Shown here: positions 1 through 13,539 of the stretch, piece after piece
How positions within the stretch are numbered: the first letter of the stretch is position 1
Layout: each line of letters begins with the position of its first letter
NCBI GenBank assembly: GCA_964016885.1
Contig: OZ024744.1
Coordinates: 114,266,001 to 114,330,000, forward strand
Direction of reading: 5' to 3'
From: Eledone cirrhosa
Lineage: Eukaryota
DNA: 64,000 bases
Program-made: the position numbers and the translations under genes
Notes under the pieces: model-generated
Databases searched by the model: none
The model's input: only the letters and a program-made list of their open reading frames with translations
Told to the model about the DNA's origin: nothing

Positions 1-3000
1 CTCAGGAAAGAATCTCTGAATTGAGAGATCACAGCTCTGATACTATGGACATGTGGTTAGAATGTCTCAGGAAAGAATCTCTGAATTGAGAGATCACAGC
101 TCTGATACTATAGATATGTGGTTAGAATGTCTCAGGAAAGAATCACTGAATTGAGAGATCACAGCTCTGATACTATGGACATGTGGTTAGAATGTCCCAG
201 GAAAGAATCTCTGAATTGAGAGGTCACAGTTCTGATACTACAGATATGTGGTTAGAATGTCTCAGGAAAGAATCACTGAATTGAGAGATCACAGCTCTGA
301 TACTATGGACATGTGGTTAGAATGTCTCAGGAAAGAATCTCTGAATTGAGAGGTCACAGCTCTGATACTATGGACATGTGGTTAGAATGTCTCAGGAAAG
401 AATCTCTGAATTGAGAGATCACAGCTCTGATACTATGACATGTGGTTAGAATGTCTCAGGAAAGAATCTCTGTATTGAGAGATCACAGCTCTGATACTAT
501 GACATGTGGTTAGAATATCTCAGGCAAGAAACTCTGAATTGAGAGATCACAGCTCTGATACTACAAACATGTGGTTAGAATGTCTCAGGAAAGAATCTCT
601 GAATTGAGAGATCACAGCTTTGATACTATGTACATGTGGTTAGAATTTCTCAGGAAAGAATCTCTGAATTGAGAGATCACAGCTTTGATACTATGTACAT
701 GTGGTTAGAATGTCTCAGGAAAGAATCTCTGTATTGAGAGATCACAGCTCTGATACTATGACATGTGGTTAGAATGTCTCAGGAAAAATCTCTGAATTGA
801 GAGATCACAGCTCTGATACTATGGACATGGGGTTAGAATGTCTCAGGAAAGAATCTCTTAATTGAGAGATCACAGCTCTGATACTACAGATATGTGGTTA
901 TAATGTCTCAGGAAAGAATCACTGAATTGAGAGATCACAGCTCTGATACTATGGACATGTGGTTAGAATGTCCCAGGAAAGAATCTCTGAATTGAGAGGT
1001 CACAGTTCTGATACTACAGATATGTGGTTAGAATGTCCCAGGAAAGAATCACTGAATTGAGAGATCACAGCTCTGATACTATGGACATGTGGTTAGCATG
1101 TCTCAGGAAAGAATCTCTGTATTGAGAGATCATAGCTCTGATACTATGTACATGTGGTTAGAATGTCTCAGAAAAGAATCTCTGAATTGAGAGATCACAG
1201 CTCTGATACTATGTACATGTGGTTAGAAAGTCTCAGGAAAGAATCTCTGAATTGAGAGATCACAGCTCTGATACTATGACATGTGGTTAGAATGTCTCAG
1301 GAAAGAATCTCTGAATTGAGAGATCACAGCTCTGATACTACAGAGATGTGATTAGAATGTCTCAGGAAAGAATCTCTGAATTGAGAGATCACAGCTCTGA
1401 TACTACAGACATGTGGTTAGAATGTCTCAGGAAAGAATCTCTGAATTGAGAGATCACAGCTTTGATACTATGTACATGTGGTTAGAATGTCTCAGGAAAG
1501 AATCTCTGAATTGAGAGATCACAGCTCTGATACTATGTACATGGGGTTAGAATGTCTCAGGAAAGAATCTCTGAATTGAGAGATCACAGCTCTGACACTA
1601 TGGACATGTGGTTAGAATGTCTCAGGAAAGAATCTCTGAATTGAGAGATCACAGCTTTGATACTATGTACATGTGGTTAGAATGTCTCAGGAAAGAATCT
1701 CTGAATTGAGAGATCACAGCTCTGATACTATGGACATGTGGTTAGAATATCTCAGGAAAGAATCTCTGTATTGAGAGATCACAGCTCTGATACTACAGAC
1801 ATGGGGTTAGAATGATGTCAGGAAAGAATCTCTGAATTGAGAGATCACAGCTCTGATACTACAGATATGTGGTTAGAATATCTCAGGAAAGAATCTATGA
1901 ATTGAGAGATCACAGCTCTGATACTATGACATGTGGTTAGAATGTCTCAGGAAAGAATCTCTGAATTGAGAGATCACAGCTCTCTCTAATACTATGTACA
2001 TGTGGTTAGAATGTCTCAGGAAAGAATCTCTGAATTGAGAGATCACAGTTCTGATACAATGACATGTGGTTAGAATGTCTCAGGAAAGAATCTCTGAATT
2101 GAGAGATCACAGCTCTGATACTACAGACATGCGGTTAGAATGTCTCAGGAAAGAATCTCTGAATTGAGAGATCACAGCTCTGATACTACAGACATGTGGT
2201 TAGAATGTCTCAGGAAAGAATCTCTGAATTGAGAGATCACAGCTCTGACACTATGGACATGTGGTTAGAATGTCTCAGGAAAGAATCTCTGAATTGAGAG
2301 ATCACAGCTTTGATACTATGTACATGTGGTTAGAATGTCTCAGGAAAGAATCTTTGAATTGAGAGATCACAGCTCTGACACTATGGACATGTGGTTAGTG
2401 TGTCTCAGGAAAGAATCTCTGAATTGAGAGATCACAGCTCTGATACTATGGACATGTGGTTAGAATATCTCAGGAAAGAATCTCTGTATTGAGAGATCAC
2501 AGCTCTGATACTATGTACATGTGGTTAGAATGTCTCAGGAAAGAATCTCTGAATTGAGAGATCACAGCTCTGATACTACAGATATGTGGTTAGAATGTCT
2601 CAGGAAAGAATCACTGAATTGAGAGATCACAGCTCTGATACTATGGACATGTGGTTAGAATGTCCCAGGAAAGAATCTCTGAATTGAGAGGTCACAGTTC
2701 TGATACTACAGATATGTGGTTAGAATATCTCAGGCAAGAAACTCTGAATTGAGAGATCACAGCTCTGATACTACAAACATGTGGTTAGAATGTCTCAGGA
2801 AAGAATCTCTGAATTGAGAGATCACAGCTCTGATACTATGTACATGTGGTTAGAATGTCTCAGGAAAGAATCTGTGTATTGAGAGATCACAGCTCTGATA
2901 CTATGACATGTGGTTAGAATGTCTCAGGAAAGAATCTCTGAATTGAGATATCACAGCTCTGATACTATGGACATGTGGTTAGAATGTCTCAGGAAAGAAT

Positions 3001-6000
3001 CTCTGTATTGAGAGATCACAGCTCTGATACTATGACATGTGGTTAGAATATCTCAGGCAAGAAACTCTGAATTGAGAGATCACAGCTCTGATACTACAAA
3101 CATGTGGTTAGAATGTCTCAGGAAAGAATCTCTGAATTGAGAGATCACAGCTTTGATACTATATACATGTGGCTAGAATTTCTCAGGAAAGAATCTCTGA
3201 ATTGAGAGATCACAGCTTTGATACTATGTACATGTGGTTAGAATCTCTCAGGAAAGAATCTCTGTATTGAGAGATCACAGCTCTGATACTATGACATGTG
3301 GTTAGAATGTCTCAGGAAAGAATCTCTGAATTGAGATATCACTGCTCTGATACAATGGACATGTGGTTAGAATGTCTCAGGAAAGAATCTCTGTATTGAG
3401 AGATCACAGCTCTGATACTATGTACATGTGGTTAGAATGTCTCAGGAAAGAATCTCTGAATTGAGAGATCACAGCTCTGACACTATGGACATGTGATTAG
3501 AATGTCTCAGGAAAGAATCTCTGAATTGAGAGATCACAGCTTTGATACTATGTACATGTGGTTAGAATGTCTCAGGAAAGAATCCCTGAATTGAGATATC
3601 ACAGCTCTGATACTATGTACATGTGGTTAGAATGTCTCAGGAAAGAATCTCTGAATTGAGAGATCACAGCTCTGATACTATGGACATGGGGTTAGAATGT
3701 CTCAGGAAAGAATCTCTTAATTGAGAGATCACAGCTCTGATACTACAGATATGTGGTTATAATGTCTCAGGAAAGAATCACTGAATTGAGAGATCACAGC
3801 TCTGATACTATGGACATGTGGTTAGAATGTCCCAGGAAAGAATCTCTGAATTGAGAGGTCACAGTTCTGATACTACAGATATGTGGTTAGAATGTCCCAG
3901 GAAAGAATCACTGAATTGAGAGATCACAGCTCTGATACTATGGACATGTGGTTAGCATGTCTCAGGAAAGAATCTCTGTATTGAGAGATCACAGCTCTGA
4001 TACTATGTACATGTGGTTAGAATGTCTCAGAAAAGAATCTCTGAATTGAGAGATCACAGCTCTGATACTATGTACATGTGGTTAGAAAGTCTCAGGAAAG
4101 AATCTCTGAATTGAGAGATCACAGCTCTGATACTATGACATGTGGTTAGAATGTCTCAGGAAAGAATCTCTGAATTGAGAGATCACAGCTCTGATACTAC
4201 AGAGATGTGATTAGAATGTCTCAGGAAAGAATCTCTGAATTGAGAGATCACAGCTCTGATACTACAGACATGTGGTTAGAATGTCTCAGGAAAGAATCTC
4301 TGAATTGAGAGATCACAGCTCTGACACTATGGACATGTGGTTAGAATGTCTCAGGAAAGAATCTCTGAATTGAGAGATCACAGCTTTGATACTATGTACA
4401 TGTGGTTAGAATGTCTCAGGAAAGAATCTCTGAATTGAGAGATCACAGCTCTGATACTATGTACATGGGGTTAGAATGTCTCAGGAAAGAATCTCTGAAT
4501 TGAGAGATCACAGCTCTGACACTATGGACATGTGGTTAGAATGTCTCAGGAAAGAATCTCTGAATTGAGAGATCACAGCTTTGATACTATGTACATGTGG
4601 TTAGAATGTCTCAGGAAAGAATCTCTGAATTGAGAGATCACAGCTCTGATACTATGGACATGTGGTTAGAATATCTCAGGAAAGAATCTCTGTATTGAGA
4701 GATCACAGCTCTGATACTACAGACATGGGGTTAGAATGATGTCAGGAAAGAATCTCTGAATTGAGAGATCACAGCTCTGATACTACAGATATGTGGTTAG
4801 AATATCTCAGGAAAGAATCTATGAATTGAGAGATCACAGCTCTGATACTATGACATGTGGTTAGAATGTCTCAGGAAAGAATCTCTGAATTGAGAGATCA
4901 CAGCTCTCTCTAATACTATGTACATGTGGTTAGAATGTCTCAGGAAAGAATCTCTGAATTGAGAGATCACAGTTCTGATACAATGACATGTGGTTAGAAT
5001 GTCTCAGGAAAGAATCTCTGAATTGAGAGATCACAGCTCTGATACTACAGACATGTGGTTAGAATGTCTCAGGAAAGAATCTCTGAATTGAGAGATCACA
5101 GCTCTGATACTACAGACATGTGGTTAGAATGTCTCAGGAAAGAATCTCTGAATTGAGAGATCACAGCTCTGACACTATGGACATGTGGTTAGAATGTCTC
5201 AGGAAAGAATCTCTGAATTGAGAGATCACAGCTTTGATACTATGTACATGTGGTTAGAATGTCTCAGGAAAGAATCTTTGAATTGAGAGATCACAGCTCT
5301 GACACTATGGACATGTGGTTAGTGTGTCTCAGGAAAGAATCTCTGAATTGAGAGATCACAGCTCTGATACTATGGACATGTGGTTAGAATATCTCAGGAA
5401 AGAATCTCTGTATTGAGAGATCACAGCTCTGATACTATGTACATGTGGTTAGAATGTCTCAGGAAAGAATCTCTGAATTGAGAGATCACAGCTCTGATAC
5501 TACAGATATGTGGTTAGAATGTCTCAGGAAAGAATCACTGAATTGAGAGATCACAGCTCTGATACTATGGACATGTGGTTAGAATGTCCCAGGAAAGAAT
5601 CTCTGAATTGAGAGGTCACAGTTCTGATACTACAGATATGTGGTTAGAATATCTCAGGCAAGAAACTCTGAATTGAGAGATCACAGCTCTGATACTACAA
5701 ACATGTGGTTAGAATGTCTCAGGAAAGAATCTCTGAATTGAGAGATCACAGCTCTGATACTATGTACATGTGGTTAGAATGTCTCAGGAAAGAATCTGTG
5801 TATTGAGAGATCACAGCTCTGATACTATGACATGTGGTTAGAATGTCTCAGGAAAGAATCTCTGAATTGAGATATCACAGCTCTGATACTATGGACATGT
5901 GGTTAGAATGTCTCAGGAAAGAATCTCTGTATTGAGAGATCACAGCTCTGATACTATGACATGTGGTTAGAATATCTCAGGCAAGAAACTCTGAATTGAG

Positions 6001-9000
6001 AGATCACAGCTCTGATACTACAAACATGTGGTTAGAATGTCTCAGGAAAGAATCTCTGAATTGAGAGATCACAGCTTTGATACTATATACATGTGGCTAG
6101 AATTTCTCAGGAAAGAATCTCTGAATTGAGAGATCACAGCTTTGATACTATGTACATGTGGTTAGAATCTCTCAGGAAAGAATCTCTGTATTGAGAGATC
6201 ACAGCTCTGATACTATGACATGTGGTTAGAATGTCTCAGGAAAGAATCTCTGAATTGAGATATCACTGCTCTGATACAATGGACATGTGGTTAGAATGTC
6301 TCAGGAAAGAATCTCTGTATTGAGAGATCACAGCTCTGATACTATGTACATGTGGTTAGAATGTCTCAGGAAAGAATCTCTGAATTGAGAGATCACAGCT
6401 CTGACACTATGGACATGTGATTAGAATGTCTCAGGAAAGAATCTCTGAATTGAGAGATCACAGCTTTGATACTATGTACATGTGGTTAGAATGTCTCAGG
6501 AAAGAATCCCTGAATTGAGATATCACAGCTCTGATACTATGTACATGTGGTTAGAATGTCTCAGGAAAGAATCTCTGAATTGAGAGATCACAGCTCTGAT
6601 ACTATGGACATGGGGTTAGAATGTCTCAGGAAAGAATCTCTTAATTGAGAGATCACAGCTCTGATACTACAGATATGTGGTTATAATGTCTCAGGAAAGA
6701 ATCACTGAATTGAGAGATCACAGCTCTGATACTATGGACATGTGGTTAGAATGTCCCAGGAAAGAATCTCTGAATTGAGAGGTCACAGTTCTGATACTAC
6801 AGATATGTGGTTAGAATGTCCCAGGAAAGAATCACTGAATTGAGAGATCACAGCTCTGATACTATGGACATGTGGTTAGCATGTCTCAGGAAAGAATCTC
6901 TGTATTGAGAGATCACAGCTCTGATACTATGTACATGTGGTTAGAATGTCTCAGAAAAGAATCTCTGAATTGAGAGATCACAGCTCTGATACTATGTACA
7001 TGTGGTTAGAAAGTCTCAGGAAAGAATCTCTGAATTGAGAGATCACAGCTCTGATACTATGACATGTGGTTAGAATGTCTCAGGAAAGAATCTCTGAATT
7101 GAGAGATCACAGCTCTGATACTACAGAGATGTGATTAGAATGTCTCAGGAAAGAATCTCTGAATTGAGAGATCACAGCTCTGATACTACAGACATGTGGT
7201 TAGAATGTCTCAGGAAAGAATCTCTGAATTGAGAGATCACAGCTCTGACACTATGGACATGTGGTTAGAATGTCTCAGGAAAGAATCTCTGAATTGAGAG
7301 ATCACAGCTTTGATACTATGTACATGTGGTTAGAATGTCTCAGGAAAGAATCTCTGAATTGAGAGATCACAGCTCTGATACTATGTACATGGGGTTAGAA
7401 TGTCTCAGGAAAGAATCTCTGAATTGAGAGATCACAGCTCTGACACTATGGACATGTGGTTAGAATGTCTCAGGAAAGAATCTCTGAATTGAGAGATCAC
7501 AGCTTTGATACTATGTACATGTGGTTAGAATGTCTCAGGAAAGAATCTCTGAATTGAGAGATCACAGCTCTGATACTATGGACATGTGGTTAGAATATCT
7601 CAGGAAAGAATCTCTGTATTGAGAGATCACAGCTCTGATACTACAGACATGGGGTTAGAATGATGTCAGGAAAGAATCTCTGAATTGAGAGATCACAGCT
7701 CTGATACTACAGATATGTGGTTAGAATATCTCAGGAAAGAATCTATGAATTGAGAGATCACAGCTCTGATACTATGACATGTGGTTAGAATGTCTCAGGA
7801 AAGAATCTCTGAATTGAGAGATCACAGCTCTCTCTAATACTATGTACATGTGGTTAGAATGTCTCAGGAAAGAATCTCTGAATTGAGAGATCACAGTTCT
7901 GATACAATGACATGTGGTTAGAATGTCTCAGGAAAGAATCTCTGAATTGAGAGATCACAGCTCTGATACTACAGACATGTGGTTAGAATGTCTCAGGAAA
8001 GAATCTCTGAATTGAGAGATCACAGCTCTGATACTACAGACATGTGGTTAGAATGTCTCAGGAAAGAATCTCTGAATTGAGAGATCACAGCTCTGACACT
8101 ATGGACATGTGGTTAGAATGTCTCAGGAAAGAATCTCTGAATTGAGAGATCACAGCTTTGATACTATGTACATGTGGTTAGAATGTCTCAGGAAAGAATC
8201 TTTGAATTGAGAGATCACAGCTCTGACACTATGGACATGTGGTTAGTGTGTCTCAGGAAAGAATCTCTGAATTGAGAGATCACAGCTCTGATACTATGGA
8301 CATGTGGTTAGAATATCTCAGGAAAGAATCTCTGTATTGAGAGATCACAGCTCTGATACTATGTACATGTGGTTAGAATGTCTCAGGAAAGAATCTCTGA
8401 ATTGAGAGATCACAGCTCTGATACTACAGATATGTGGTTAGAATGTCTCAGGAAAGAATCACTGAATTGAGAGATCACAGCTCTGATACTATGGACATGT
8501 GGTTAGAATGTCCCAGGAAAGAATCTCTGAATTGAGAGGTCACAGTTCTGATACTACAGATATGTGGTTAGAATATCTCAGGCAAGAAACTCTGAATTGA
8601 GAGATCACAGCTCTGATACTACAAACATGTGGTTAGAATGTCTCAGGAAAGAATCTCTGAATTGAGAGATCACAGCTCTGATACTATATACATGTGGTTA
8701 GAATGTCTCAGGAAAGAATCTGTGTATTGAGAGATCACAGCTCTGATACTATGACATGTGGTTAGAATGTCTCAGGAAAGAATCTCTGAATTGAGATATC
8801 ACAGCTCTGATACTATGGACATGTGGTTAGAATGTCTCAGGAAAGAATCTCTGTATTGAGAGATCACAGCTCTGATACTATGACATGCGGTTAGAATATC
8901 TCAGGCAAGAAACTCTGAATTGAGAGATCACAGCTCTGATACTACAAACATGTGGTTAGAATGTCTCAGGAAAGAATCTCTGAATTGAGAGATCACAGCT

Positions 9001-12000
9001 TTGATACTATATACATGTGGCTAGAATTTCTCAGGAAAGAATCTCTGAATTGAGAGATCACAGCTTTGATACTATGTACATGTGGTTAGAATCTCTCAGG
9101 AAAGAATCTCTGTATTGAGAGATCACAGCTCTGATACTATGACATGTGGTTAGAATGTCTCAGGAAAGAATCTCTGAATTGAGATATCACTGCTCTGATA
9201 CAATGGACATGTGGTTAGAATGTCTCAGGAAAGAATCTCTGAATTGAGATATCACAGCTCTGATACTATGGACATGTGGTTAGAATGTCTCAGGAAAGAA
9301 TCTCTGTATTGAGAGATCACAGCTCTGATACTATGTACATGTGGTTAGAATGTCTCAGGAAAGAATCTCTGAATTGAGAGATCACAGCTCTGACACTATG
9401 GACATGTGATTAGAATGTCTCAGGAAAGAATCTCTGAATTGAGAGATCACAGCTTTGATACTATGTACATGTGGTTAGAATGTCTCAGGAAAGAATCTTT
9501 GAATTGAGAGATCACAGCTCTGACACTATGGACATGTGGTTAGTGTGTCTCAGGAAAGAATCTCTGAATTGAGAGATCACAGCTCTGATACTATGGACAT
9601 GTGGTTAGAATATCTCAGGAAAGAATCTCTGTATTGAGAGATCACAGCTCTGATACTATGTACATGTGGTTAGAATGTCTCAGGAAAGAATCTCTGAATT
9701 GAGAGATCACAGCTCTCATACTACAGATATGTGGTTAGAATGTCTCAGGAAAGAATCACTGAATTGAGAGATCACAGCTCTGATACTATGGACATGTGGT
9801 TAGAATGTCCCAGGAAAGAATCTCTGAATTGAGAGGTCACAGTTCTGATACTACAGATATGTGGTTAGAATATCTCAGGCAAGAAACTCTGAATTGAGAG
9901 ATCACAGCTCTGATACTACAAACATGTGGTTAGAATGTCTCAGGAAAGAATCTCTGAATTGAGAGATCACAGCTCTGATACTATGTACATGTGGTTAGAA
10001 TGTCTCAGGAAAGAATCTGTGTATTGAGAGATCACAGCTCTGATACTATGACATGTGGTTAGAATGTCTCAGGAAAGAATCTCTGAATTGAGATATCACA
10101 GCTCTGATACTATGGACATGTGGTTAGAATGTCTCAGGAAAGAATCTCTGTATTGAGAGATCACAGCTCTGATACTATGACATGTGGTTAGAATATCTCA
10201 GGCAAGAAACTCTGAATTGAGAGATCACAGCTCTGATACTACAAACATGTGGTTAGAATGTCTCAGGAAAGAATCTCTGAATTGAGAGATCACAGCTTTG
10301 ATACTATATACATGTGGCTAGAATTTCTCAGGAAAGAATCTCTGAATTGAGAGATCACAGCTTTGATACTATGTACATGTGGTTAGAATCTCTCAGGAAA
10401 GAATCTCTGTATTGAGAGATCACAGCTCTGATACTATGACATGTGGTTAGAATGTCTCAGGAAAGAATCTCTGAATTGAGATATCACTGCTCTGATACAA
10501 TGGACATGTGGTTAGAATGTCTCAGGAAAGAATCTCTGAATTGAGATATCACAGCTCTGATACTATGGACATGTGGTTAGAATGTCTCAGGAAAGAATCT
10601 CTGTATTGAGAGATCACAGCTCTGATACTATGTACATGTGGTTAGAATGTCTCAGGAAAGAATCTCTGAATTGAGAGATCACAGCTCTGACACTATGGAC
10701 ATGTGATTAGAATGTCTCAGGAAAGAATCTCTGAATTGAGAGATCACAGCTTTGATACTATGTACATGTGGTTAGAATGTCTCAGGAAAGAATCTTTGAA
10801 TTGAGAGATCACAGCTCTGACACTATGGACATGTGGTTAGTGTGTCTCAGGAAAGAATCTCTGAATTGAGAGATCACAGCTCTGATACTATGGACATGTG
10901 GTTAGAATATCTCAGGAAAGAATCTCTGTATTGAGAGATCACAGCTCTGATACTATGTACATGTGGTTAGAATGTCTCAGGAAAGAATCTCTGAATTGAG
11001 AGATCACAGCTCTCATACTACAGATATGTGGTTAGAATGTCTCAGGAAAGAATCACTGAATTGAGAGATCACAGCTCTGATACTATGGACATGTGGTTAG
11101 AATGTCCCAGGAAAGAATCTCTGAATTGAGAGGTCACAGTTCTGATACTACAGATATGTGGTTAGAATATCTCAGGCAAGAAACTCTGAATTGAGAGATC
11201 ACAGCTCTGATACTACAAACATGTGGTTAGAATGTCTCAGGAAAGAATCTCTGAATTGAGAGATCACAGCTCTGATACTATGTACATGTGGTTAGAATGT
11301 CTCAGGAAAGAATCTGTGTATTGAGAGATCACAGCTCTGATACTATGACATGTGGTTAGAATGTCTCAGGAAAGAATCTCTGAATTGAGATATCACAGCT
11401 CTGATACTATGGACATGTGGTTAGAATGTCTCAGGAAAGAATCTCTGTATTGAGAGATCACAGCTCTGATACTATGACATGTGGTTAGAATATCTCAGGC
11501 AAGAAACTCTGAATTGAGAGATCACAGCTCTGATACTACAAACATGTGGTTAGAATGTCTCAGGAAAGAATCTCTGAATTGAGAGATCACAGCTTTTATA
11601 CTATATACATGTGGCTAGAATTTCTCAGGAAAGAATCTCTGAATTGAGAGATCACAGCTTTGATACTATGTACATGTGGTTAGAATCTCTCAGGAAAGAA
11701 TCTCTGTATTGAGAGATCACAGCTCTGATACTATGACATGTGGTTAGAATGTCTCAGGAAAGAATCTCTGAATTGAGATATCACTGCTCTGATACAATGG
11801 ACATGTGGTTAGAATGTCTCAGGAAAGAATCTCTGAATTGAGATATCACAGCTCTGATACTATGGACATGTGGTTAGAATGTCTCAGGAAAGAATCTCTG
11901 TATTGAGAGATCACAGCTCTGATACTATGTACATGTGGTTAGAATGTCTCAGGAAAGAATCTCTGAATTGAGAGATCACAGCTCTGATACTACAGATATG

Positions 12001-13000
12001 TGGTTAGAATATCTCAGGAAAGAATCACTGAATTGAGAGATCACAGCTCTGATACTATGGACATGTGGTTAGAATGTCCCAGGAAAGAATCTCTGAATTG
12101 AGAGGTCACAGTTCTGATACTACAGATATGTGGTTAGAATGTCTCAGGAAAGAATCACTGAATTGAGAGATCACAGCTCTGATACTATGGACATGTGGTT
12201 AGAATGTCTCAGGAAAGAATCTCTGTATTGAGAGATCACAGCTCTGATACTATGTACATGTGGTTAGAATGTCTCAGGAAAGAATCTCTGAATTGAGAGA
12301 TCACAGCTTTGATACTATGTACATGTGGTTAGAATGTCTCAGGAAAGAATCTCTGAATTGAGAGATCATAGCTCTGATACTATAGATATGTGGTTAGAAT
12401 GTCTCAGGAAAGAATCACTGAATTGAGAGATCACAGCTCTGATACTATGGACATGTGGTTAGAATGTCCCAGGAAAGAATCTCTGAATTGAGAGGTCACA
12501 GTTCTGATACTACAGATATGTGGTTAGAATGTCTCAGGAAAGAATCACTGAATTGAGAGATCACAGCTCTGATACTATGGACATGTGGTTAGAATGTCTC
12601 AGAAAAGAATCTCTGAATTGAGAGATCACAGCTCTCTCTAATACTATGTACATGTGGTTAGAATGTCTCAGGAAAGAATCTCTGAATTGAGAGATCACAA
12701 CTCCGATACTATGACATGTGGTTAGAATGTCTCAGGAAAGAATCTCTGAATTGAGAGATCACAGCTCTGATACTATGACATGTGGTTAGAATGTCTCAGG
12801 AAAGAATCTCTGAATTGAGAGATCACAGCTCTGATACTACAGATATGTGGTTAGAATGTCTCCGGAAAGAATCTCTGAATTGAGAGATCACAGCTCTGAT
12901 ACTATGACATGTGGTTAGAATGTCTCAGGAAAGAATCTCTGAATTGAGAGATCACAGCTCTGATACTACAGACATGTGGTTAGAATGTCTCAGGAAAGAA
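1..13000 (+). repeat. 65-bp tandem satellite (~200 copies, runs off the window start), derived from a LINE ORF2 C-terminal fragment
   Basis: Unit ctcaggaaagaatctctgaattgagagatcacagctctgatactatggacatgtggttagaatgt repeats with a 65-nt period (positions 1, 66, ...). It translates as IERSQL*YYGHVVRMSQERI and runs directly into unique LINE sequence at ~13001. Confidence 0.97.
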
Positions 13001-13200
13001 TCGCTGGGCAGATTTTATGGTCAAAACCTATTGGCAGGAGACCCAGGGGTAGAAACTGAGCAAGATAGCTGGATAACATCTTGGCTGGTCTAACTTGGGG
13101 ATTCAGCTGGATCAGTTGGAGACGGTTACTTGTGACAGGAACACTGGAAGGAGTGTTTGAGGAGTCTGTGTCCACGACCCTCCCAGGTATGAGAAGGGGA
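12970..13200 (+). mobile_element. 3' end of an RTE-like LINE (degenerate), the parent of the 65-bp satellite
   Basis: Reads HVVRMSQERIAGQILWSKPIGRRPRGRN*AR*LDNI, the GHVxRM...GxRxRGRPxxxW C-terminal motif of RTE-clade ORF2. Followed by a (GGA)n/(GAA)n tail. Confidence 0.8.
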
Positions 13201-13360
13201 GGAAGAGGAGGAGGAGGAGGAGGTGGGAGAAGAAGAAGAAGAAGAAGAAGAAGAAGAAGAAGAAGAAGAAGAAGAAGAAGAAGAAGAAGAAGAAGAAGAA
13301 GAAGAAGAAGAAGAAGAAGAAGAAGAAGAAGAAGAAGAAGAAGAAGAAGAAGAAGAAGAA
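13201..13360 (+). repeat. (GGA)n/(GAA)n microsatellite
   Basis: Pure GAA run ~13228-13360. It generates the poly-E/R/F/S ORFs in the track. Confidence 0.97.
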
Positions 13361-13539
13361 AGACAAATAATTTTGAAAATAATGAAGTATTTGGAGGAAT
13401 TTAGTAATTTAACTAACTGTTTCATTGGTGTTTAGGGCGGGGGGATTAGTAGTAATTGGTAGTGTGTTGGGCAACATGCTTTGTGACATATAGTTACAGC
13501 CCTTTATGTTTGGAGTTCAAAACATAAATCCAGTGTGCG

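Noticed and set aside
1-13000. CRISPR-like regular repeat
   Set aside because: Head-to-tail monomers with no unique spacers, eukaryotic context and no cas genes.
12990-13175. Minus-strand ORF as the next cyclase exon
   Set aside because: Lacks the expected GMxYLH/HGNLKSSNC motifs and is antisense to a LINE 3' end.
13081-13435. Poly-Arg/Glu/Phe/Ser ORFs
   Set aside because: Frames of the (GAA)n microsatellite.
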